A DNA stretch of 13,975 nt from Myxococcota bacterium (GTDB lineage: Bacteria > Myxococcota_A > UBA796 > GCA-2862545): the NCBI GenBank assembly GCA_039208735.1, contig JBCCQY010000200.1:1-13975 (forward strand). The letters run 5' to 3'. The notes under the pieces were generated by a model. It was not told the DNA's origin. It saw nothing but the letters and a program-made list of their open reading frames with translations, and did not search any database. The translations under genes were made by a program, and so were the position numbers. Of the stretch, positions 1 to 7,333 are shown in pieces (the stretch's first letter is position 1; each line of letters opens with the position of its first letter).

Positions 1-2
1 CA

Positions 3-1307
3 CCACCCCCCACGCGTTCGGCCTTGCCGTTTGACGCGAAGCGGTTGGATGCCACGTGGATGGTCGAGGTGGTTCCGGAATCGGCGATGGCGCCGTTCGC
101 CCAAACCGATGGTTGGGTCACGCTCGTCGTCAACCGCGACCTCAAACAGGCAGTCGCCCAACTTGGTCCGCAAGGTGGACTCTCCGCAGCTCGTGCCCAC
201 ATCGAAGTCGCCGCTCTCTTTCGGGAGGCGGCCAAGCTCGCCGGCGTCAGCTACGGCCAGACCTACGGCGGAACCTCGGCCCAGCCCACGGATCCGTTGG
301 GCACCCGACACCTTCTCACCGTCGCGGCGGCGCTCGACGGACGCTCGGCGGAGGCCATCACCGCAGCAACCGCCTGGGCTGGAAAGCCAGACGACGCCAC
401 CGCCGCATGGCATGCGCCCTGGTCGGGGTGGCTAGCGGCCAGCGCCCCCTGGCCCCCCGATTTCAGCCGGCTTCCCGTCACCTTGCCTCCTCCAACGACG
501 GGAGTGTGGCCCGAGGTTGTGGCGGGACCCCAGTACGAACTGATCGAGCAAAGCGACAAGCAGGCGAAGCGCCCCCTCGGCGACCCCGGTTGGCTCCTCG
601 CCCTGGCGGAGTGGCATGAGCAAACCGCGCTCGCAGCGGCGCCCGATCATCGCGACGCGGTGCTACGACTTCGGGTATGGGCTCGTCCTCGCCCAGACCA
701 ACGCGCCATGAGCGCGGCCGTTCGCGATGTGCCGCTGCCCCTTCGCTTTGGCAGCGGCCATCTCGTTTCGGGCGATGTGGACTTCCTCGTCGATGTGCAC
801 GCGGCCACCACCGAGACCATGCCGGCGGTGATTGGCAAGCATGCGCCAACATCCATCGTAGCTGCACTGTCGGCAGACGCCGTGGCGAGTGGCACCTTCG
901 ATCCAGGCCGGGCCGTCGATGCCGCGGCGGCCCTTCGGACGGCCTTGATGGAGCGCCTCACCGACGCTCGACAGGGCGCGATTCAGAGCCAGGACGTCCA
1001 GTTTGTGCAGATCGCACAGACGCAGGTGTTGTGGTCGCTCGGTCATGTGGCGGACCGCTTGGGCGACCGTGAAGTGAGCGGGCGGGTTTACCGCGCCGCT
1101 TACGATGCCAGCGAAGGGGCGACTGCTGACCCGGTTGAACTGCTCAGCTATGCCACGTGGGACGTAGGCAACCGCTACCCCGTACGCGCCGCCCAAACGA
1201 TTTACGAACAGTCGCAGCGGATTCCCGAGCTGTCGTCGGCGAGGCTCGCCGTCGATGTACTCAATCTCCGGGTCAACCGTGAGAACGTGGACCAGCCGCC
1301 CAATTGA
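3..1307 (+). CDS. Hypothetical Ala-rich, largely helical protein with a possibly TPR-like C-terminus; 5'-truncated by the window
   Basis: The frame of the 24..1307 ORF is open back to position 3 (CCA CCC CCC ACG CGT TCG GCC TTG), so the true start is probably upstream. The sequence is protein-like with helical segments (e.g. LWSLGHVADRLGDREVSGRVYRAAYDAS). Its stop TGA (1305-1307) lies just before the SD of the next gene. Confidence 0.75.
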   Translation, partial: PPPTRSALPFDAKRLDATWMVEVVPESAMAPFAQTDGWVTLVVNRDLKQAVAQLGPQGGLSAARAHIEVAALFREAAKLAGVSYGQTYGGTSAQPTDPLGTRHLLTVAAALDGRSAEAITAATAWAGKPDDATAAWHAPWSGWLAASAPWPPDFSRLPVTLPPPTTGVWPEVVAGPQYELIEQSDKQAKRPLGDPGWLLALAEWHEQTALAAAPDHRDAVLRLRVWARPRPDQRAMSAAVRDVPLPLRFGSGHLVSGDVDFLVDVHAATTETMPAVIGKHAPTSIVAALSADAVASGTFDPGRAVDAAAALRTALMERLTDARQGAIQSQDVQFVQIAQTQVLWSLGHVADRLGDREVSGRVYRAAYDASEGATADPVELLSYATWDVGNRYPVRAAQTIYEQSQRIPELSSARLAVDVLNLRVNRENVDQPPN

Positions 1308-1308
1308 C

Positions 1309-1314
1309 AGGAGG
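1309..1314 (+). promoter_or_regulatory. Shine-Dalgarno AGGAGG for the SBP gene
   Basis: AGGAGG at 1309-1314 with an in-frame GTG at 1319. The 4-nt spacing is short. Confidence 0.55.
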
Positions 1315-1318
1315 CATC

Positions 1319-2902
1319 GTGCCAACCCAGACGTCTTCGTTCCGGAGCGTCCGCAGTGCCATGACCGCGGCCGCCGCGACCCTGTCGCTCGGGATCCTGC
1401 TCGGGAGTTCGATCACCTACTACGACGAGGCGCTGCCTTCCTCGATGAACCCGTTGTTCGCCCGCACGATGGTGGACCAGCGGTCGCAGGAATTGGTCTT
1501 TGATCGACTTTACTATCGGTCCGCGGTCACGAACCGGCTGCTCTCGCGGCTCGTCGAACGCGATTCGGAAGTAGGCGAAGATGCGCTGAAGGTCGTGGTT
1601 CGGGAGGGGGTCCGCTGGCATGATGGCAAGCGGCTCGGCCCCGAGGACGTGTGTTTCACGGTCGACGCCATGCTGAACCCGAACACGCCCTCGACGGTCG
1701 CCCAGGGGTATCGCGAAGTCCTCGCCGGGTGCGAGGTCGAAAAGAAGGACAACGCGGCGACGATTCGCTTTGTGCGCCCCTTCTACAACAAGAAGGAACG
1801 CCTACAGTTCCGGCTTTTGCCCAAGCATGCCTTCCGGTCCACGGCGATTCGACCGGATGATTCCTTTTCGAGCACCCCGATTGGTTCGGGCCCAATGAAG
1901 GCCGAGCGAAGTTCACGCGCGGTCACGATGGAGCGGGTTGACAACCTCCACTACCAGACCCGCATCGATCGCATGGCGATGAGCCAGGGCGGTGACCCAC
2001 AGGTCCAGGTCCGCAACGTGCTGCTGGGTGCGGTGCAAGGCGTCGTGGCGGTGACCCCACCGTTGCGCCAGGACATCGGCGCTTCCGAGGATGCATCCCT
2101 CAAGTCCTACGATCTTCGGTCTTGGTGGTTTATTGCCATCAATCCCAAGACGGTATCCGACCGGCGAATTCGCCAGGCGCTGAACCACTTCCTCGATCGG
2201 GAACAGCTGCGCGAACTCACCATCGGGGTGAAGCCAGGCGCCGTCAACCCACCCTGCCAGTTCATTTCAGGGCCCTTCGTTCCCTCGTCGCCCTATTACA
2301 ACCATGCCATCGAAGAAGTGGTCCACGCCGACTACACCAAGGCAAAAGGCTTGATGAAGGCGGTTGGCGCCAAGTGGGTCGATGGCCGCTGGCGACTGCG
2401 AGGGAGGCCCATTCCGTTGCGCATCGGAATCAACGCGAGCCTCGCGCCGGAGGCGCCCGACCTGCTCGCTCAGGTGGGCAACCAGCTTCGCGAGGCGGGA
2501 TTCGAAACCAGCGTGTACAGTGAATCGGCCGATACTTGGGTTCGAGATGCTGTCACGGGCCAATTGACGGGCAAGTACGACATGTTGATCGGCAAGTGGT
2601 CGTTCGGACTTGTCGAAGAGGTGGATGACCTCTTCCACTCACGGACGGGGGCCGAGGGCTCGTCCAACATCTTCAATTACAAAAATCCTCAGGCGGATGC
2701 GTTGATCGCGCAGTTTGGGGCAGCTCGAACCGACACGGAAGCGCAGGACGCCTACCACGCTCTTCACGCCTTGCTCGCAGAAGACTTGCCCTACTTGTTC
2801 CTGTGGAAACTCGACACCAAGTCGGCCTGGCGAAACGAAGTTCGCGACAACATCATCGCGCCCTACTTCTACTTCAGCGAGTTCGACGACTGGCGGATGT
2901 GA
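1319..2902 (+). CDS. ABC transporter substrate-binding protein, family 5 (OppA/DppA/NikA-like)
   Basis: Family-5 motifs: VFDRLY, VREGVRWHDGKRLGPEDVCFT, PIGSGP, DRRIRQALNHFLDREQL, YKNPQADALI, LAEDLPYLFLW. The hydrophobic N-terminal segment has no lipobox Cys, consistent with a periplasmic protein. Start GTG 1319 was chosen from the SD; TTG 1304 or ATG 1361 are alternatives. Confidence 0.92.
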   Translation: MPTQTSSFRSVRSAMTAAAATLSLGILLGSSITYYDEALPSSMNPLFARTMVDQRSQELVFDRLYYRSAVTNRLLSRLVERDSEVGEDALKVVVREGVRWHDGKRLGPEDVCFTVDAMLNPNTPSTVAQGYREVLAGCEVEKKDNAATIRFVRPFYNKKERLQFRLLPKHAFRSTAIRPDDSFSSTPIGSGPMKAERSSRAVTMERVDNLHYQTRIDRMAMSQGGDPQVQVRNVLLGAVQGVVAVTPPLRQDIGASEDASLKSYDLRSWWFIAINPKTVSDRRIRQALNHFLDREQLRELTIGVKPGAVNPPCQFISGPFVPSSPYYNHAIEEVVHADYTKAKGLMKAVGAKWVDGRWRLRGRPIPLRIGINASLAPEAPDLLAQVGNQLREAGFETSVYSESADTWVRDAVTGQLTGKYDMLIGKWSFGLVEEVDDLFHSRTGAEGSSNIFNYKNPQADALIAQFGAARTDTEAQDAYHALHALLAEDLPYLFLWKLDTKSAWRNEVRDNIIAPYFYFSEFDDWRM

Positions 2903-2906
2903 CGCG

Positions 2907-3824
2907 ATGATGGAGCGGATGCGACCATGGTGGCGCGCATTCGCTGCGCTACTCCTGCCGTTTGCGGTGCCCGCGGTCATCACCGTGGCGCTGTTTGCGT
3001 TGCCGGGAGACCCCGCAGAGCTGATTTGTCCGCCGCAGCGCTGCGTGGGCACGCAAGCCCTGGCCGAGAGCTGGAACCTTCATCGAGGACCGTGGGCGTT
3101 CTACATTGACTGGATGGATGCTGCCTTTCGAGGAGACCTCGGCAACTCCTGGCGAGTGGTGCAAGGCACCTCGGTGGCGAAGCTCGTCACGACGGCCCTG
3201 CCCAACACCCTTGGATTGGTCTTGCTGTCGATGCTGGGCTTGTTTACCGGGAGTCTGCTTGGCCTAGTCCGTGGGACGGTGGCCCGACTGGATGTAGTGT
3301 GGCAGGTGATCGGCCTCGCGCCCGCGGTGATGGTCGCCCTCACCGCGGCCGCGTGGGTCGAGTTGACCTATGGCGCGCTGTCGTATGGCGGCGTGGCGGG
3401 GTTGTGGCGTCTTGGACTCGGGGCTGCCGCGTTGGTGCTCGCGGATGGCGCGCTGGCCAATGCGGTCACCGGCACGCGACAGACGTTTGAGTCCGAACTT
3501 ACGCGCCGCTACATCGAGGTCGCTCGATTGCGGGGCGAGTCGGTGTGGGCGAACGCACTGCCGAATCTGCTGCCCGCCTTGGCACGGCAATGGCGCGCGA
3601 GGTGGTTAGCGGTGCTTTCGAGCCTGGTCGTTGTCGAAGTGGTGCTGCGCATCGAGGGGCTTGGCGAACTGCTGTTTGTGGGCACCCTGCAGCAAGACTT
3701 CGGCATCGTGTTGGCGGCGACTTGGCTGTTTGCGGTTGCTTCGGCGGCCGCATTGCTCCTGCAAGCCGTGGTTGACGCATGGACTTCTCGTTGGATTCGT
3801 CGGGTTCCGGTCGGGTGGTCATGA
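2907..3824 (+). CDS. ABC transporter permease, OppB/DppB-like
   Basis: LPGDPA motif, GDLGNSW, LPNTLGL, EAA-loop-like segment ELTRRYIEVARLRG, VVVEVVLRIEGLGELL, QQDFGIV, and multiple TM stretches. ATG at 2907 is 4 nt after the SBP stop (ATGs at 2910 and 2919 are alternatives). The ORF-track start at 2715 is an over-extension. Confidence 0.9.
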   Translation: MMERMRPWWRAFAALLLPFAVPAVITVALFALPGDPAELICPPQRCVGTQALAESWNLHRGPWAFYIDWMDAAFRGDLGNSWRVVQGTSVAKLVTTALPNTLGLVLLSMLGLFTGSLLGLVRGTVARLDVVWQVIGLAPAVMVALTAAAWVELTYGALSYGGVAGLWRLGLGAAALVLADGALANAVTGTRQTFESELTRRYIEVARLRGESVWANALPNLLPALARQWRARWLAVLSSLVVVEVVLRIEGLGELLFVGTLQQDFGIVLAATWLFAVASAAALLLQAVVDAWTSRWIRRVPVGWS

Positions 3825-4660
3825 ACCCACAACGTCCCCCCGACCGCGTGCGGCAAGTCGCATCCCTGGTGGCTGGACTTGGGCTGCTGATGTTCGCCAT
3901 GGCTGCGTTGGCTGCTCCCGATCGCGTTCCCCTTCCCAATCCCGACCTGTCGTCCGCTCCCCCGTGGGTCGTGCCGCCGTTTGGCGCCGATGGGCGAGGC
4001 ATTCCTCTGTGGATCTACGCGCTGCAGGGGGCGCGCATTCTTGCTGGACCAACCTTGCTTGCGGCCATGGTTGTCGCCGTTGCGTCGACGGTGGCCGGAT
4101 TCGTACGCTGTACGGCAGGCCCGGTTGTCAACGACACCCTAGCCGTGGTCGCCGAGGGGATCGGAGCCCTTCCTCGGATGGTCGTGGTGCTGGTGGTGGC
4201 GTTGTTGCTGCCCCGCGATTGGCGGACGTTCGCTCCGATTGCGCTCACCTGGGCCATCTTGGCGGCACCCGCCGCCATGGACGAAGCGGCCGCCACCGCG
4301 GGTCGGCTCGGCGCGCAACGGTTCGTCGAGGCCCTCCGCGCCCACGGCTTCTCAAACTTCCGGATCTACGCGGTTCACGTCATCGGCTACAACTTGCGGC
4401 CGGTGATCGTACGCCAGAGCGCCGAGGTTGCCATGCAAGTGGTGTTTCTCGAGATTGCGCTTTCGTATTTGGCGCTTTCGCTGACGCAACCCTCGTTCAC
4501 CCATGCCGCAGACGAGCACAGCTGGGCTGTCATCTTGTACGAGGGCTACAAGGCGCTCCTCGGACTGCCGCTTTGGCACGCCTTTGCGCTGGGGCTCGGC
4601 CTCGTCGCGGGCATCGCGATGCTGTTCACAAGCCTGCGCCTTGCTTCGAGGGCCCGATGA
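3821..4660 (+). CDS. ABC transporter permease, OppC/DppC-like
   Basis: PPFGADGRG (cf. HPFGTDxxGRD), ALPRMVVVLVV, EAA loop RFVEALRAHGFSNFRIYAVHV, EIALSYL. ATGA overlap with the upstream stop at 3821-3824. Confidence 0.9.
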   Translation: MNPQRPPDRVRQVASLVAGLGLLMFAMAALAAPDRVPLPNPDLSSAPPWVVPPFGADGRGIPLWIYALQGARILAGPTLLAAMVVAVASTVAGFVRCTAGPVVNDTLAVVAEGIGALPRMVVVLVVALLLPRDWRTFAPIALTWAILAAPAAMDEAAATAGRLGAQRFVEALRAHGFSNFRIYAVHVIGYNLRPVIVRQSAEVAMQVVFLEIALSYLALSLTQPSFTHAADEHSWAVILYEGYKALLGLPLWHAFALGLGLVAGIAMLFTSLRLASRAR

Positions 4661-5373
4661 ACGACGTCCTGATTTTAGAGGATCTCGCCATTCGTACGCC
4701 CGAGCGGATGCTGGTCGATGGCGTCTCGCTGCGACTGGTTCGAGGCGAGGTCACCGCCTTGATTGGACCATCGGGGGCTGGCAAATCGCTGTGCGCGAAG
4801 GCGGCCATGGGGGTCATCGATGTGCGGCCGGGGCTCGTTCGCGGTTCGCTGCGACTTCCCCAACATGCCCCGGGCGACCTTTTTGCCGATGTGGTGGGGG
4901 GCGATGCCCGGGCGCATCGGCGGCTATTCAAGACGATGCAACCCTTGCGAGGCCGGGTGCTCACGTACGCGCCTCAAAGCGCGGCCAGCGCCCTCAACCC
5001 AGGTCGAACGCTCGGTTGGCAACTTGCGATGGCGGTGCGACGGCGCGAGGTTCGCGTCCCTGACGAGACGGCGACCATCCGAGACCTCCTTGAGGAGGTC
5101 GGCCTCGATGCAGCCGATGCGCGTGCGCTTCCTCAAGAGCTTTCGGGCGGGATGGCACAACGGGCCGCCCTTGCCGTGGCGCTGGCCCCGGCACCGCCCA
5201 TTGTCATTGCCGATGAGCCCGAAACCGGTCTGGACCCGGTGACCCGCCGCAACATCGTCGAACTCATGCAAGGCCTTGCCGCCGACAGAGATACTGCGCT
5301 GTGGTTGATCTCGCACAACCACGAGATTGTGGAGCGCATCGCCGCCACCGTCGTTGACTTGGGGGCGAGGTGA
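4657..5373 (+). CDS. ABC transporter ATP-binding protein, OppD/DppD/NikD-like (238 aa)
   Basis: Walker A GPSGAGKS, SALNP, signature LSGGMAQR, Walker B IVIADEP, D-loop GLD, H-loop ISH. ATGA overlap at 4657-4660. The ORF-track start at 3631 is an over-extension. Confidence 0.92.
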   Translation: MNDVLILEDLAIRTPERMLVDGVSLRLVRGEVTALIGPSGAGKSLCAKAAMGVIDVRPGLVRGSLRLPQHAPGDLFADVVGGDARAHRRLFKTMQPLRGRVLTYAPQSAASALNPGRTLGWQLAMAVRRREVRVPDETATIRDLLEEVGLDAADARALPQELSGGMAQRAALAVALAPAPPIVIADEPETGLDPVTRRNIVELMQGLAADRDTALWLISHNHEIVERIAATVVDLGAR

Positions 5374-6131
5374 GCCTGGTCTCCATCGAACAGCTGACGG
5401 TGAGTTTCGGTCGAGGAGCCCGCACTGTTCATGCCGTTCGCGACGTGACGTTGGCCATTGACGCAGGGGAGACCATTGCGGTGGTGGGGCAGTCGGGCTC
5501 GGGCAAGACCACGGTCGCGCGCTGCCTCGCGGGCTTGCAGCGCCCGACGTCAGGACAGGTCACGGTCGATGGACGCACGTGGGCCGAGCGATCCGCCGCC
5601 GAACGGCTCGCCTTGCGTCGCGACGTTCAGTACATTCCGCAAGATGCGCTGTCGGCCCTCGATCCGCAGCAGACTGCGTTTGAACACGTAGTGGAGACCT
5701 TACAGATCCTCGGGAGGCGGCCCCGAACCGATGCCGAGGCCCGGGCGCTGTCGTTGCTCGAGACGTTGGGGCTCCAGCATCGGGCATCCGCGCTCCCTCG
5801 GGAAATGTCTGGCGGAGAGCAACGGCGGGTCACCCTGGCCCGGGTCCTCGCGTTGTCGCCGCGCCTCGTCGTCGCCGACGAACCCACCTCAGGACTTGAG
5901 CCAGACCGGCAGGATCAGGTATTGGCCGATCTGTTCGGCAATCTTCCGCCGGGTTCCGGGTGTGTCATGGTGACACACGATATGCGGCAGGCGCGCCGCT
6001 GGTGCCGGCGGGCGGTGGTGATGCTGGAGGGTCGAGTGATCGAAGCGATCCCGTTTCCCGACGGACGGCCTCACCACCCCTACGCAAGGCAGTTGTTCGA
6101 CCCATGGTCCGACGAAGCGGGGGAATCATGA
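5370..6131 (+). CDS. ABC transporter ATP-binding protein, OppF/DppF/NikE-like (253 aa)
   Basis: VHAVRDV, Walker A GQSGSGKT, signature MSGGEQRR, Walker B VVADEPTSGL, H-loop VTHD, C-terminal HPY motif. GTGA overlap at 5370-5373. Confidence 0.93.
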   Translation: MSLVSIEQLTVSFGRGARTVHAVRDVTLAIDAGETIAVVGQSGSGKTTVARCLAGLQRPTSGQVTVDGRTWAERSAAERLALRRDVQYIPQDALSALDPQQTAFEHVVETLQILGRRPRTDAEARALSLLETLGLQHRASALPREMSGGEQRRVTLARVLALSPRLVVADEPTSGLEPDRQDQVLADLFGNLPPGSGCVMVTHDMRQARRWCRRAVVMLEGRVIEAIPFPDGRPHHPYARQLFDPWSDEAGES

Positions 6132-7318
6132 CGGGGATTCGAACGGTCGTCATTGCGGCCATCGCGTTGGCCAGTCCGGCGGCATGGGCGTGCGATGAAG
6201 CCGAGTATCAGCGCCTTTCGGAAGAGCAGACGCGCTTGGCCCAACGAAACGCTTGGTCGGGCGTTGAACGTGCCTACCAGCGCCTCCTCAAAACCCGCTG
6301 TGAGCTGCGTGTCGATCAGCACCAACTGGGGGCCGAATCGGCCCGTGTGCTGGGCAAGACCTTCGATCAGCTCGAACGCCTTCAGTTGGCCCTTGAACTC
6401 GAGGATGACCCCGAAGCCCGCGCCCAACTCGAGTCCATCGAGGCCGCGTTTGGGCGGGTCAAAATCAAGGGCGACCCACGGCGACCGCCAACCCTGCTCC
6501 GAGACGTCTTGCCGTTTGCCCCTGACCAGCAGAAGTCCATCGAGTGGGCACGAACGCTGCTTGCCGAGACGGGGAGCTTCGACGGCATGCTTCCCGCGGG
6601 CGAATACGTCGTGGGCGGAGAGCTGTTGCTCGTGGAAGCGGGGCAGCCGGTGGAATTGGCCCTGCCGCGTCGGCGGAATCGAGTGGTCGACGACACGGAA
6701 CCCGACCAGCGAGAAGGTCCGGCCCCCAGCGGTCCCAAAGGCACGTTTCGTTACCTGCTGCCCATCGTACATATTGGCCCTTCGTGGCTCGGTACGCCCG
6801 AAACGAACCGCATCACTACCTTGTCGGACGGCGGGCATCAGTTTTCGCCAGCCACCTCGTCGGTGTTTGGGTTCACCCTGTCGGCAGGTGCCGAAGCCGG
6901 GCTGACCTACGGCGAACCTGCGCTTGGGGTCGCAGCGGGACTCGGCTATACGGGAGGCTACGGCCTCGACACGTTCCATGCGGTTTCTGCGTGGTCGTTG
7001 TTTGTCGTGCGCCCTGGCGATGCTCGGTTCGCCATCGGTCCGCAGTACCAGATGCTCTTCGGCAGCGGAACGGGCGTCGCGGACTGGTTCGACCGTGGGC
7101 AAGATCCCACTTCACAACCTCGAGAAGACCTTCGCTACTCGGGCTGGGCGTGGGGTCCAGGGCTCCAAGCATGGGCCGGCTACTGTCCAGTGGACTTTGA
7201 ACCCTTCCAGGGTGTTGTCGAGCTGGGAGGCACGTGGCACAGTGATGGCGCACGGTCGTACTTTACGGTGGGCTTGCGCCTGGGCATCGTTCCGCGAGTG
7301 CCGCGCTTCAACGGATAA
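6128..7318 (+). CDS. Secreted protein (396 aa): helical TPR-like N-terminus, PEGA-like domain, putative C-terminal outer-membrane beta-barrel
   Basis: ATGA overlap at 6128-6131. Signal peptide MTGIRTVVIAAIALASPAAWA; helical stretch (AWSGVERAYQRLL...LQLALEL); PEGA-like FGRVKIKG...LPAGEYVV...VEAGQPVEL; Pro/charged linker; about 8 amphipathic Gly/aromatic strands. The CDS is solid; the domain calls are inference. Confidence 0.7.
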   Translation: MTGIRTVVIAAIALASPAAWACDEAEYQRLSEEQTRLAQRNAWSGVERAYQRLLKTRCELRVDQHQLGAESARVLGKTFDQLERLQLALELEDDPEARAQLESIEAAFGRVKIKGDPRRPPTLLRDVLPFAPDQQKSIEWARTLLAETGSFDGMLPAGEYVVGGELLLVEAGQPVELALPRRRNRVVDDTEPDQREGPAPSGPKGTFRYLLPIVHIGPSWLGTPETNRITTLSDGGHQFSPATSSVFGFTLSAGAEAGLTYGEPALGVAAGLGYTGGYGLDTFHAVSAWSLFVVRPGDARFAIGPQYQMLFGSGTGVADWFDRGQDPTSQPREDLRYSGWAWGPGLQAWAGYCPVDFEPFQGVVELGGTWHSDGARSYFTVGLRLGIVPRVPRFNG

Positions 7319-7321
7319 CCC

Positions 7322-7327
7322 AGGAGA
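7322..7327 (+). promoter_or_regulatory. Shine-Dalgarno AGGAGA for the propeller gene
   Basis: AGGAGA ends 6 nt before ATG 7334, within a 15-nt intergenic gap. Confidence 0.65.
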
Positions 7328-7333
7328 CGCCGA

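Noticed and set aside
2715..2906. N-terminal extension of the permease ORF in the track
   Set aside because: It overlaps the SBP gene in another frame and is not protein-like. ATG 2907 fits the operon spacing.
3631..4656. 580-aa ORF suggesting an ATPase with a long Cys-rich N-terminal fusion
   Set aside because: The first 342 codons are an off-frame read of the permease genes. The ATPase begins at the ATGA overlap at 4657.
5960..6127. N-terminal extension of the 452-aa ORF
   Set aside because: It lies within the second ATPase gene. The signal peptide starts at ATG 6128.
6080..7102. 340-aa antisense ORF
   Set aside because: A typical antisense shadow ORF of a GC-rich gene, with no recognisable motifs.
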